From positions 1 through 59,789 of IMG/VR virus record IMGVR_UViG_3300032225_000982: 59,789 nucleotides of DNA. One strand, written 5' to 3'. This DNA comes from a virus. Taxonomy: Duplodnaviria > Caudoviricetes. Shown here one piece after another: positions 47,777-59,789 of the stretch (positions within the stretch are counted from its first letter, which is position 1; the number at the start of each line of letters is the position of its first letter). The notes below the pieces were generated by a model. That model was not told the origin of the DNA and ran no database searches. It saw nothing but the letters and a program-made list of their open reading frames with translations. A program made the translations under genes and the position numbers.

Positions 47777-48697
47777 ATGACGGATTTCGCCCGCACCGTT
47801 GTCGTCGATGTGCTGGGACGAAACTTCCTGCAATGGCCGACTGCGCACCTCGGCCAAGAACTGGACTATTTTCTCAACGCCTCGGCGCCGCTGGCTTATG
47901 ATCTGCTGGCGTCGGTGTCGGTGTCAGTTTCGCCGTCAGGCACGGGCGAATTGCAGGTTGTCGATGTGACGGTGACGGGTTCCACCATCCGGGTGAAATT
48001 TTCGGGCGGCGTGACTGGGCGCGTGTATCGAGTGCGCGTTGATACCGTGACGGAGATTGGCCGGGAATTCTCGTGGATTCCGGTTGTGCCGTTCTCCATA
48101 GAGGGCGCGATCCCGCCTTTGCCCATTCCACCCGTCGCGGATTTCGGGGCATCATTCGTCTGGACCTACTCCGGCCCCGTGCGGCCACTTCCACCGCAGC
48201 CGGTGCGCGTCCCTGCAACATTCACGGGCGCTCCGTTCGTGGCGCGCATGACCACGATCAACCCCAGCGGGCAGGTATTTTTGCAATGGCCGGTGGGCGA
48301 AGCCAATCAGCAGCTTGATTACTACCTCGATACCGTGACAGCGATCTACCAAGACGGTGACGAAATCTCCAGCCTCCGCATTAGCGTCGCACCTTCCGGC
48401 GCGGGCGAATTGACTATTTCCGATGTGTCGATGGACCTGGGCATCATTCGGCTGGATTTTACCGGCGGCGTTCCGGGGCGGCTCTACAGGGTGCGCATCG
48501 ACGTGAACACGCTGCTAGGGCGCGACTATTCCTGGGTGGTCAACCTGCCGATCAGTCGGGAATACGCAGTGGGTCCGTTCCCTGTTGCGCCCGATCCTGG
48601 CTTCGGGGAAGTAGCCACATGGGCCATGATTGTGCTAGAAAACGGTAGGGGCTTCTGGCGATTGGAAAACGACCTGGGCAACTGGGTATGGGGCTGA
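47777..48697 (+). CDS. Tandem fibre-tail adaptor-like protein (two domains)
   Basis: Two copies of FLQWP..LDY..SV.PSG.GEL..GG..GR.YRVR.D..GR..SW. Confidence 0.62.
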   Translation: MTDFARTVVVDVLGRNFLQWPTAHLGQELDYFLNASAPLAYDLLASVSVSVSPSGTGELQVVDVTVTGSTIRVKFSGGVTGRVYRVRVDTVTEIGREFSWIPVVPFSIEGAIPPLPIPPVADFGASFVWTYSGPVRPLPPQPVRVPATFTGAPFVARMTTINPSGQVFLQWPVGEANQQLDYYLDTVTAIYQDGDEISSLRISVAPSGAGELTISDVSMDLGIIRLDFTGGVPGRLYRVRIDVNTLLGRDYSWVVNLPISREYAVGPFPVAPDPGFGEVATWAMIVLENGRGFWRLENDLGNWVWG

Positions 48698-51906
<3,209 letters not shown>

Positions 51907-51907
<1 letters not shown>

Positions 51908-53931
51908 TGTTTAGCGCAAATACAACTCAAGTAGGTTTCACGCCAAATCTTGTAGCGTCTCGCGCGATTGCTGTTGGCAATGCTTTTACTTCTCCATATG
52001 TGTCGGTATATCCATGGTCAAATTCTGGGTTTGGCACTAAATATACTAATCCATCCACATTGCCTGGAACTTGGGGACTAGGCGTTGCATTTACGGCATC
52101 GGGGTCCGCAATTGCCATTGCCGCAGACTCATCCCCCTTCATATATGCCTATCCGTGGTCTGGCTTCGGCTTCGGCACTAAGTATGCTAATCCAGCCACA
52201 TTACCGGCGGGAACAGGAAACGGCGTTGCATTTAGCCCTGATGGCTCCGCAATTGCTGTTGCTCACGCTACGTCGCCATATGTGACGGCCTATCCATGGT
52301 CAGGTTCTGGATTCGGGACTAAATATGCTGATCCATCCACGTTGCCAGCAGGAACAGGAAACGGCGTTGCATTTAGCCCAAGCGGAAACGCGCTTGCTGT
52401 TGCAAATTCTTCAAGTCCTCTAACAACAGTATACCCATGGTCTGGTTCTGGCTTTGGCACGAAATACGCCGATCCATCTACCGCCCCTTTGAGCGGTAAC
52501 AGCGTGGCATTCAGTCCTGACGGCGCCGCTTTGGCTGTGGACACCTCTGTGTATCGTTGGTCTGGTTCTGGCTTTGGAACGAAATACTCCGACCCGGCAA
52601 GTCTTCCAACAGGTGGCACTCAAGGTGTTGCTTTTAGCCCCGATAATAAAAGTATTGCATTTAGCGATACTGCAACGCCTTATGTAGCTGCATACCCATG
52701 GTCAACAACTAGTGGCTTTGGAACCAGATACTCTAATCCAGCAACCTTACCCGGTGGAATTGCGCACGACGTTGCTTTTAGCGGAGACGCAACTGCTATT
52801 GCTGTTGCCCACAATAATGGCGCAAGAATATCCGTATATCCATGGTCTACCGGCGGCTTTGGAACTAAGTATACCGACCCCGCAACTACTCCAACACAAG
52901 ACGGCTATTCTGTCGCCTTTACATCTAGCGGAGGATCAGCTCAACAGATTGCTGTTTCTCACGACTCGTCGCCTTACATCACGGCCTATCCATGGTCTTC
53001 AAGCGGCTTCGGCACGAAATATGCCAACCCTGCTACGTTACCCACGGGCGGCGGACAAAGTGTAGCTTTCAGTCCTAGCGGTTCCGCAATTGCTGTTGCC
53101 CATACCAATTCGCCATTCGTCACGGCGTATCCATGGTCAGGTTCTGGCTTTGGCACGAAATACGCCAATCCAGCCACGTTACCCACGGGCAACGCAACTG
53201 GTGTAGCTTTCAGTCCTAGCGGTTCCGCAATTGCTGTTGCTCATGAAATTGATCCCAACGTCACGGCCTATCCATGGTCTGGTTCTGGCTTTGGCACGAA
53301 ATACGCCGATCCATCTACGTTGCCGGTATCGGGTTGCAATAGCGTAGCCTTTAGTCCTGACGGTTCTGCGATAGCTGTAGCAAACAACTTCGACATCTAC
53401 GTTACGGCGTATCCATGGTCAGGTTCTGGCTTTGGCACCAAATATGCTAACCCCGCGACGTTACCTACGGGCAACGGAAATGGTGTAGCATTCAGCCCTT
53501 CCGGGTCTGCCATTGCGGTAGCTCATTTTAATTCTCCATATATAACAGCATATCCATGGTCAGGTTCTGGCTTTGGAACTAAATACGCTAACCCATCCAC
53601 GTTGCCGACAGGAACTGGCTTGGGTATAGCATTCAGCCCTGACGGGGCTGCGGTAGCTATAGCCCATATCAATAGTCCCAACATCACGGCCTATCCATGG
53701 TCAGGTTCTGGCTTTGGGACTAAATATGCTGACCCATCCACGCTGCCTGCGGATTTTGGAAATGGCGTAGCCTTTAGTCCTGATAGCTCTACGATAGCTG
53801 TGGGGGGCAGCGCTACCCCTTTCATATACGCCTATCCATGGTCTGGTTCTGGCTTTGGCACTAAATATGCCAATCCAGCCACATTGCCAGTAGGAACTGT
53901 GCGCGGCGTCGCCTTCTACAAAATTGCTTAG
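51907..53931 (+). CDS. 14-repeat beta-propeller protein, probable fibre-tip receptor-binding protein
   Basis: 14 copies of an approximately 44-aa unit VAFSP.G.AIAVA...YPWSGSGFGTKY.P.TLP. Confidence 0.8.
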
Positions 53932-53942
53932 GAAAAAGATAA

Positions 53943-54212
53943 ATGACCGATACCACCAAAGAAGCCCCAAAGACCCGCGAGGAAATCCTTGCCGTCAACC
54001 TCGAAGCGCGCGAGCAAGAGGTGATGCACTACCAGATCAACATCGACAACTATACGCTGGCGCTTGATAACATCGCCGCCATGAACAGCATTGACCGCGC
54101 TGAACTGTCTGGTTTTGTCGATCAGTTGACTGGCCTTCTTGCCTCTGAGCGGCTAGAGCAGAAGAAGGCTAAGGTGATGCTGGCGGTGCTGAAGCAGCAA
54201 CTGGAAGACTGA
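53943..54212 (+). CDS. Hypothetical coiled-coil protein
   Basis: AGGA RBS; helical; follows the propeller gene. Confidence 0.7.
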   Translation: MTDTTKEAPKTREEILAVNLEAREQEVMHYQINIDNYTLALDNIAAMNSIDRAELSGFVDQLTGLLASERLEQKKAKVMLAVLKQQLED

Positions 54213-54213
54213 G

Positions 54214-54684
54214 ATGCTCTACGTCAAAGCCATCGACAATCAGATTGTCGCGTATCCTTACACGCAGACTGATTTGATCTGGGAAAACCCTTCGACAAGT
54301 TTCCCGGCTGGTGGCATTCCGCCCGCAAGTCTGGCTGAGTGGAACGTTTTCCCGGTTCACTTTGCACATCAGCCAACGGTTGATGCTTTGACGCAGCGCG
54401 TGGTTGAGATCGCCCCGTTGTATGATGGGCAATCTTGGATTCAGCAGTGGGCTGTTGAGCCTCTCCCGCAGGATGAGATTGACGCCCGCAATGCCCAGCA
54501 GGCAGCCTCAGTGCGCGCAGATCGGAATGCCCGGCTCGCCGCCACTGACTGGCGCGTAATCAAGGCGCTGGAAGATGGCAACGGCCTTAATTTTGAGCTT
54601 GCTGCATACCGGCAAGCTTTGCGAGATGTTCCTTCCCAACCCGGCTTTCCTTGGGATATTATTTGGCCGGAGGCACCGCAATGA
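54214..54684 (+). CDS. Tail fibre assembly chaperone
   Basis: VR..RNARLA.TDW, YRQALRDVP.Q.GFPW and WP. Confidence 0.78.
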   Translation: MLYVKAIDNQIVAYPYTQTDLIWENPSTSFPAGGIPPASLAEWNVFPVHFAHQPTVDALTQRVVEIAPLYDGQSWIQQWAVEPLPQDEIDARNAQQAASVRADRNARLAATDWRVIKALEDGNGLNFELAAYRQALRDVPSQPGFPWDIIWPEAPQ

Positions 54685-55400
54685 CCATCCCACGCAATCT
54701 ATCGAACCTTGCCCCTGGCGCTAGCACTGGCGGCGTTTTGAGCGCAAGCTATGGCGGCACTGGTTTAACAACGCTGACCGCCGCCAACAACGCGCTTTAT
54801 TCAACTTCCGCTTCGGCGCTGATCGCAGGCACGCTTCCTGTTGCTGCTGGCGGCACCGGCGCTACAACGCTGACCGGCGTGTTGAAAGGCACTGGCACAA
54901 CCGCTTTTGTCGCTGCCACCGCTGGAACAGATTTTGTCGCGCCGGGCACCGCAACCACCTTCAGCGCTACTCAAACCTTTAACGGCTCCTCCAGCGTCCT
55001 TGGCGCGGTCTTCACGGACATTGCCGAAACCACCACAATCAGCGCAACGGCTGCCACCGGCACGATCAACTTCGACATCACGACCCAGAGCGTTCTGTAT
55101 TACACCAGCAACGCCTCGGCCAACTGGACCGTAAATTTCCGCGCTTCCTCTGGCACATCGCTGAACTCGGCCTTGGCCACAGGGCAAACCGTCACGGTGG
55201 CATTCCTCGTCACCCAAGGGGCAACCGCGTATTACAATAACGTAGTTCAAGTTGATGGTTCTGCTGTCACGCCCAAGTATCAGGGGGGCACCGCTTGGAC
55301 TTCCGGCAATGCTTCCAGCATTGATATTTACACCTACACCATTGTGAAGACGGGTTCCGCAGCGTTTACCGTGTTTGCTAGCCAAACAAAGTTTGCGTGA
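54681..55400 (+). CDS. Short fibre protein
   Basis: LPVAAGGTG repeats, AATGTINFD..QSVLYYT and IDIYTYTI.KT. Confidence 0.7.
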   Translation: MTIPRNLSNLAPGASTGGVLSASYGGTGLTTLTAANNALYSTSASALIAGTLPVAAGGTGATTLTGVLKGTGTTAFVAATAGTDFVAPGTATTFSATQTFNGSSSVLGAVFTDIAETTTISATAATGTINFDITTQSVLYYTSNASANWTVNFRASSGTSLNSALATGQTVTVAFLVTQGATAYYNNVVQVDGSAVTPKYQGGTAWTSGNASSIDIYTYTIVKTGSAAFTVFASQTKFA

Positions 55401-55409
55401 GGTAATAGG

Positions 55410-56231
55410 ATGCCGACAATCATCACCAGAGGCGCGGGTTCCGCTAGAGGGTTTGGGTTTGGTGGTATTGTTGCGGCTCCACCGGGCCAGCAAGCATATA
55501 CAACTCCAGGCACTTATTCTTGGGTTGCTCCTGCTGGTGTGACTAGCGTTTCGGTGGTTTGCGTTGGTGGCGGTGGCGGTGGTGGAAGCGGTAGCAATTA
55601 CTATGGTGGCGGTGGTGGTGGTCTTGGTTATAAAAATAATATTAACGTCACACCTGGAAATTCATATACCGTTGTTGTTGGGTCTGGAGGCGGTGGTGGA
55701 GCCGCTGGCGGAGAAAGCTACTTTAATACAACATCTGTAGTTCGCGGTGCTGGCGGCACATATGCTGGCACGGGCGGCACATATAGTGGAGATGGCGGCG
55801 GAAACGGTGGCTCTTCAAATGCTGCATTATATTCAGGAGGCGGCGGGGCTGGTGGATATGCCGGTAATGGCGGATCAGCGCCTGTCGCACCAGGATCGCC
55901 AGGAGCGGGCACCCCAGGTTCTGGTGGTGGCGGCGGAAGTGGTAGTTCGTATTATATGTCTGGAGGCGGTGGGGTAGGAATATTGGGACAAGGCGCTAAT
56001 GGCGCAGCAGGTGGAAATGGCGCATCTTCGTCTAGCGCTGGTGGTGGCGGCGGTTCTGGAGGAGAAAACGGCAAAGGGTATTTAGAATCAGGCTCTGGCG
56101 CATTGTATGGAGGCGGCGGTTTTAGGTCTGATGCTGGAGTAGCAGGGACAAATGGCGGAAACGGTGCAGTCCGCATAATCTGGCCCGGTATAACTCGGCA
56201 ATTCCCCTCAACTGGAACAGGTAACTTATGA
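55410..56231 (+). CDS. Glycine-rich fibre-tip protein
   Basis: YTTPGTYSW.AP.GVTSVSVVCVGGGG...G.GAVRIIW. Confidence 0.78.
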   Translation: MPTIITRGAGSARGFGFGGIVAAPPGQQAYTTPGTYSWVAPAGVTSVSVVCVGGGGGGGSGSNYYGGGGGGLGYKNNINVTPGNSYTVVVGSGGGGGAAGGESYFNTTSVVRGAGGTYAGTGGTYSGDGGGNGGSSNAALYSGGGGAGGYAGNGGSAPVAPGSPGAGTPGSGGGGGSGSSYYMSGGGGVGILGQGANGAAGGNGASSSSAGGGGGSGGENGKGYLESGSGALYGGGGFRSDAGVAGTNGGNGAVRIIWPGITRQFPSTGTGNL

Positions 56232-56542
56232 ATTTGTTTATTCAAATTGAAAACGGCCAACCCGCTAACCATCCAGCACTTGAAGATAACCTTATTCAAG
56301 CGTTTGGCGCTGTTCCCAGCAACTGGGAGAGATTCGTTCGAGTTAAACGACCAGTCCCAGGTTTGTATGAAGTCATTGAATTTAACGAACCGACATATCA
56401 AAAAGTTGAAAACGTTTGGACTGATGTGTGGTCATTGCGCCCAATGACTGAAGACGAAATTGCAAAACAACAAAAAGTGCGTGACGAACTTAAAAAATTA
56501 AATTCCCCTCGCAACGTAATTTGGCCGGAGGTGCCACAATGA
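56228..56542 (+). CDS. Fibre-associated chaperone-like protein
   Basis: ATGA overlap; W.DVW..RPMT.EE; ends IWPEVPQ. Confidence 0.65.
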   Translation: MNLFIQIENGQPANHPALEDNLIQAFGAVPSNWERFVRVKRPVPGLYEVIEFNEPTYQKVENVWTDVWSLRPMTEDEIAKQQKVRDELKKLNSPRNVIWPEVPQ

Positions 56543-56769
56543 CTCAAGACATTTTCAACGCCATGATGTCCATCGGGGTGGCCGGTTTTGGCTGGCTGCT
56601 CAAGACAGTCTGGGACGCCATCGGCTCGCTGAAGGACAGCCTCAGTAAGCTGGAGCGTGAAATCCACACCTCGTATGTCAGCAAGGCGGATTACCGTCAG
56701 GACATCACGGAGATGAAGGACATGCTCAAAGCCATCTTTTCAAAGCTCGATACGAAAGCCGATAAATGA
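56539..56769 (+). CDS. Membrane-anchored coiled-coil protein (possible lysis accessory)
   Basis: N-terminal hydrophobic helix, YVSK.DY and KLD.K.DK. Confidence 0.65.
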   Translation: MTQDIFNAMMSIGVAGFGWLLKTVWDAIGSLKDSLSKLEREIHTSYVSKADYRQDITEMKDMLKAIFSKLDTKADK

Positions 56770-57293
56770 TCCAAGCTCATTATGACGCGGCGGTTCGGAC
56801 GACCAGCGACATCAATGAACACCTTCCGACCCTCCTCAATCTAGCCAACGAGTGCAATCACGTCACGGAGTTTGGCGTGCGCTGGGGCGCAAGCACCTGC
56901 GCCTTCATGATGTCAACGGCGCGGCTGGTCAGCTATGACATTGTGCAGCACCCCGCCGCCCTGCGCCTTTTTGAAGTCGCCTTCGAGGAAGGCAGGCAAG
57001 CGGAATTCATCCAGGCGGACACGCTGAAGCTCGGCACCATCGACGAGACCGATTTGCTTTTCATCGACACGCTGCACAACTACGGCCAGCTTTTGCAGGA
57101 GCTATTCACCTTCCACGGCAGCGTCAGGAAATACATCGTCTTGCACGACACGGTGACGTATGGTGAGCGCGGCGAGAGCGGCGGCCCCGGGTTGATGCAA
57201 GCGGTGCGGGAATTCCTGACGACGTTCCCGCGCTGGGAAATCAAGCAGCACTACCAAAACAACAACGGGTTAATGGTTCTCGGGCGCGCATGA
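56766..57293 (+). CDS. Class I SAM-dependent methyltransferase (Methyltransf_24-like)
   Basis: VTEFGVRWG.ST, SYDI, DLLFIDTLH.Y and IVLHDT. Confidence 0.82.
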   Translation: MIQAHYDAAVRTTSDINEHLPTLLNLANECNHVTEFGVRWGASTCAFMMSTARLVSYDIVQHPAALRLFEVAFEEGRQAEFIQADTLKLGTIDETDLLFIDTLHNYGQLLQELFTFHGSVRKYIVLHDTVTYGERGESGGPGLMQAVREFLTTFPRWEIKQHYQNNNGLMVLGRA

Positions 57294-58981
57294 TTCCGCT
57301 GATAGTTTGCACGACGCGGCCTGAAAACTCTGGGCCTTCGCCGCTGACCGTGATGCGCGAGAGCGTCCACGCCTACGGCGCGCTACAAACCGAATTGCAG
57401 GTCTTCCGCACCGGCCACGGCAATTTTGGCGCCGCATACAATTATGCAATGCAAAAAGCGTTTGAGACGCACGACGAAATTCTGATTGCCAATGACGACA
57501 TTGTGTTGAACCCATCGACCATCCGCGTGCTGATGGAAGATGTCGCCACCCTGCGCGCTACGGTGCCGCGCATTGGCCTTGTAGCTGCACGATCCGACTC
57601 CGTGCGCTATTGCCAGAACATCCACCATATGCGGAATCCCGACGCGGTGGAGGTTGAAGCCGTCTCGCCTATCCTGGCTTGGATTAGTCGTGAGGCTTTT
57701 GAAGCCGCGCCGTTTCCGCCCATCAATTGGTATTCGGATGATGTGCAGTGCGCCGACCTTTCCGCGCTGGGCTATCAGCATTTCGTTTCGCGTGCCTATG
57801 TGCATCATGTCGGATCGTCCACCATCGGGCACGACAATCAGCGCCACATCGACGAGGCGCGACCATGGATCGTCGCAAACCGCCCCCAATACGCCACGCG
57901 CTGGGGCTTGATAACGAGGCCACCCTTGAAAATCGCTGTTTACGCCATCGCCAAAAACGAGGCACAATTTGTAGAACGCTTTTGCGAAGCCGCCCGGGAC
58001 GCCGACGCCATCGTGATTGCCGACACCGGCAGCACGGATGAGACGGCGGAACTAGCCGTGAAGTGCGGCGCGCTGGTGCATACCATCTCCGTGCGCCCAT
58101 GGCGGTTCGACGTGGCGCGCAACGCCGCCCTGGCCCTGGTGCCTGCCGACATCGACGTGTGTGTCAGCGTCGATCTGGATGAGGTGCTGGAACCCAACTG
58201 GCGGGAGGAGATTGAACGCCTCTGGGTGCTCAACGAGACGACGCGAATGCGCTACCCGTTCGACTGCGGCCAGGGGCTGATTTTCCAGAACGAGAAAATT
58301 CACTCTCGGCACGGCTATCGGTGGGCATACCTCTGCCACGAATACATCACGGCTGATAAGCGCATCACCGAGGCGTGGGTGGACACCGACAAGTTGCTGA
58401 TGAAGCATCTGCCCGACCCGACCAAAAGCCGTGGCCAATATCTGGACATGCTGAAAGCGGCGCGCGACGAAGACCCCAACTGCGAGCGCAGCGCATTTTA
58501 TTATGCGCGCGAGCTTTACTACCATGCGCAACATCAAGAGTGCGTTGACGCCTTTGCGCACTACCTCGCTATGCCCAGCGCCAAGTGGCCGAACAACAGG
58601 TCATTTGCCTATCGGACACGGGGCCGGTGCTATTGGCAATTGGGCGAGCAGGCAAAGGCGGAGAAAGAATTCCAACTGGCTTCGTTGGAGGAACCCAACA
58701 CCCGGGAACCTTGGTGCGAGCTTTCGGTGTTGTGCTACCGGCAAGGCCGGTGGGCGGAATCCTTCGCTTACGCCATGCGAGCGCTGGCGATCACAATCAA
58801 AGTCATCACATTTTCATCTGATCCCGCAGTTTGGGGCGCGCAACCGCATGACCATGCTGCTATTGCAGCGTATCGCTTAGGCATGAAGTCAGTCGCCATT
58901 GAGCAAGGGCAACTGGCGATAGCTTTGGCGCCGGATGATGATCGGTTGAAAGCCAATCTCAAGTTTTACATGGAGGACTGA
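57290..58981 (+). CDS. Double GT2 glycosyltransferase with TPR tail
   Basis: Domain 1: NFGAAYN, ANDD, WYSDD, HHVGS. Domain 2: AKNE, DTGSTD, FDVARN, DLDE, HE. TPR-like helices follow. Confidence 0.87.
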   Translation: MIPLIVCTTRPENSGPSPLTVMRESVHAYGALQTELQVFRTGHGNFGAAYNYAMQKAFETHDEILIANDDIVLNPSTIRVLMEDVATLRATVPRIGLVAARSDSVRYCQNIHHMRNPDAVEVEAVSPILAWISREAFEAAPFPPINWYSDDVQCADLSALGYQHFVSRAYVHHVGSSTIGHDNQRHIDEARPWIVANRPQYATRWGLITRPPLKIAVYAIAKNEAQFVERFCEAARDADAIVIADTGSTDETAELAVKCGALVHTISVRPWRFDVARNAALALVPADIDVCVSVDLDEVLEPNWREEIERLWVLNETTRMRYPFDCGQGLIFQNEKIHSRHGYRWAYLCHEYITADKRITEAWVDTDKLLMKHLPDPTKSRGQYLDMLKAARDEDPNCERSAFYYARELYYHAQHQECVDAFAHYLAMPSAKWPNNRSFAYRTRGRCYWQLGEQAKAEKEFQLASLEEPNTREPWCELSVLCYRQGRWAESFAYAMRALAITIKVITFSSDPAVWGAQPHDHAAIAAYRLGMKSVAIEQGQLAIALAPDDDRLKANLKFYMED

Positions 58982-58983
58982 TC

Positions 58984-59499
58984 ATGGACAAAATTCTGAA
59001 CATCATTCGCACCGTGGCGCCATCCATTGCCACGGCGCTAGGTGGCCCGCTGGCGGGCATGGCCGTCACCGCCGTGAGCAACGCTGTCCTGGGGCGTCCC
59101 GATGGATCGGAGGAGCAGATAGCGGCGGCGATGCAAAGCGCCACGCCGGAACAGCTTCTTGCGCTCAAAAAGGCGGAGCAGGAATTCCTGATCCACATGC
59201 GGGAGTTGGACATCGACCTGGAACGCCTTGCGGGCGAAGATCGAAACAGCGCGCGGAATCGTGAGGTGCAGACCCACGATTGGGCGCCGCGCATCTTGGC
59301 TGGGCTTGTGACGACAGGCTATTTCGGCGTGTTGTTCTGGATGCTGAAATTCGGGTTGCCATCCAATGGTGCGTCGGAAGCGTTGCTTGTTATGCTGGGG
59401 GCACTGGGTAGCGCATGGGGCGGTGTGATCACCTACTATTTCGGCTCTTCGGCTGGCAGCCGGGCCAAGGACGGCATCATTCAGCGGCTGCAAAAATGA
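58984..59499 (+). CDS. Holin (3TM-type)
   Basis: APSIATALGGPL, DR.SAR.RE, two C-terminal TM helices and YYFGSS.GS; upstream of the endolysin. Confidence 0.75.
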   Translation: MDKILNIIRTVAPSIATALGGPLAGMAVTAVSNAVLGRPDGSEEQIAAAMQSATPEQLLALKKAEQEFLIHMRELDIDLERLAGEDRNSARNREVQTHDWAPRILAGLVTTGYFGVLFWMLKFGLPSNGASEALLVMLGALGSAWGGVITYYFGSSAGSRAKDGIIQRLQK

Positions 59500-59789
59500 T
59501 CACCACGGCGCTGATGAAGCAGTTGGGCTGGGTGTATCCGGATGCCTGGGCGGCATCCTTCGCCGCCGCCTGCCCGGCGTATGGCATCGACACCAAGGAC
59601 CGGATCGCCGCATTTTTGGCGCAGGTTGGGCATGAGAGTGGCGGCGGAAAATTCATCCGGGAAATCTGGGGGCCGACGGAGGCGCAGGCGAAGTATGAGG
59701 GGCGGCGCGACCTGGGCAATGTGGAAAAGGGCGACGGTCTGCGTTTTCGGGGCCGTGGAGCCATCCAAATAACAGGGCGTGCAAACACA
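59496..59789 (+). CDS. GH19 endolysin, 5' part (continues to 372; about 180 aa in total)
   Basis: MITTALMKQ...RIAAFLAQVGHESGG..IREIWG; ATGA overlap with the holin. Confidence 0.92.
   Translation, partial: MITTALMKQLGWVYPDAWAASFAAACPAYGIDTKDRIAAFLAQVGHESGGGKFIREIWGPTEAQAKYEGRRDLGNVEKGDGLRFRGRGAIQITGRANT
59667..59789. repeat. Terminal direct repeat (copy 2)
   Basis: Identical to bases 1-123. Confidence 0.97.

Noticed and set aside
51990-53900. Regularly spaced DNA repeats resembling a CRISPR array or DGR template
   Set aside because: The repeats are in-frame protein blades with synonymous variation; there are no unique spacers, cas operon or reverse transcriptase.
59667-59789. 123-bp repeat as a physical terminal repeat or att site
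   Set aside because: It lies mid-gene in the endolysin with the frame continuous across the join, as expected for assembler circular overlap.

Overview
This window is a complete, circularly permuted dsDNA tailed-phage genome. Bases 1-123 repeat at 59667-59789, so the unit length is about 59,666 bp, and the GH19 endolysin gene is split across the junction. Every credible gene is on the + strand. The order is: end of the lysin gene and a metallophosphoesterase; small middle genes including a secreted RlpA-like enzyme, a Cro-like HTH and RusA; recombination and replication genes (Sak4, SSB, Cas4-like nuclease, SF2 helicase, primase-polymerase) with an AT-rich origin; a promoter-dense early region with a UvrD helicase; ParB-N plus an AT-rich glycosyltransferase; terminase; head; a contractile (myovirus-type) tail and baseplate; about 15 kb of fibre genes; methyltransferase, double glycosyltransferase-TPR, holin and endolysin. 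I found no integrase, CI repressor, tRNA, CRISPR array or reverse transcriptase. An alphaproteobacterial host is a guess only. The three best candidates for undescribed systems are: (1) Gly-X-Thr collagen fibres co-encoded with a GT2-GT2-TPR enzyme and a methyltransferase, suggesting phage-encoded virion O-glycosylation analogous to spore BclA/SgtA; (2) a swapped-in ParB/TAGT-like glycosyltransferase cassette next to terminase, with no hydroxymethyl-base enzyme in the genome; (3) a Nudix hydrolase fused to the prohead protease/scaffold. All family assignments come from motif recognition by eye; no database searches were run.
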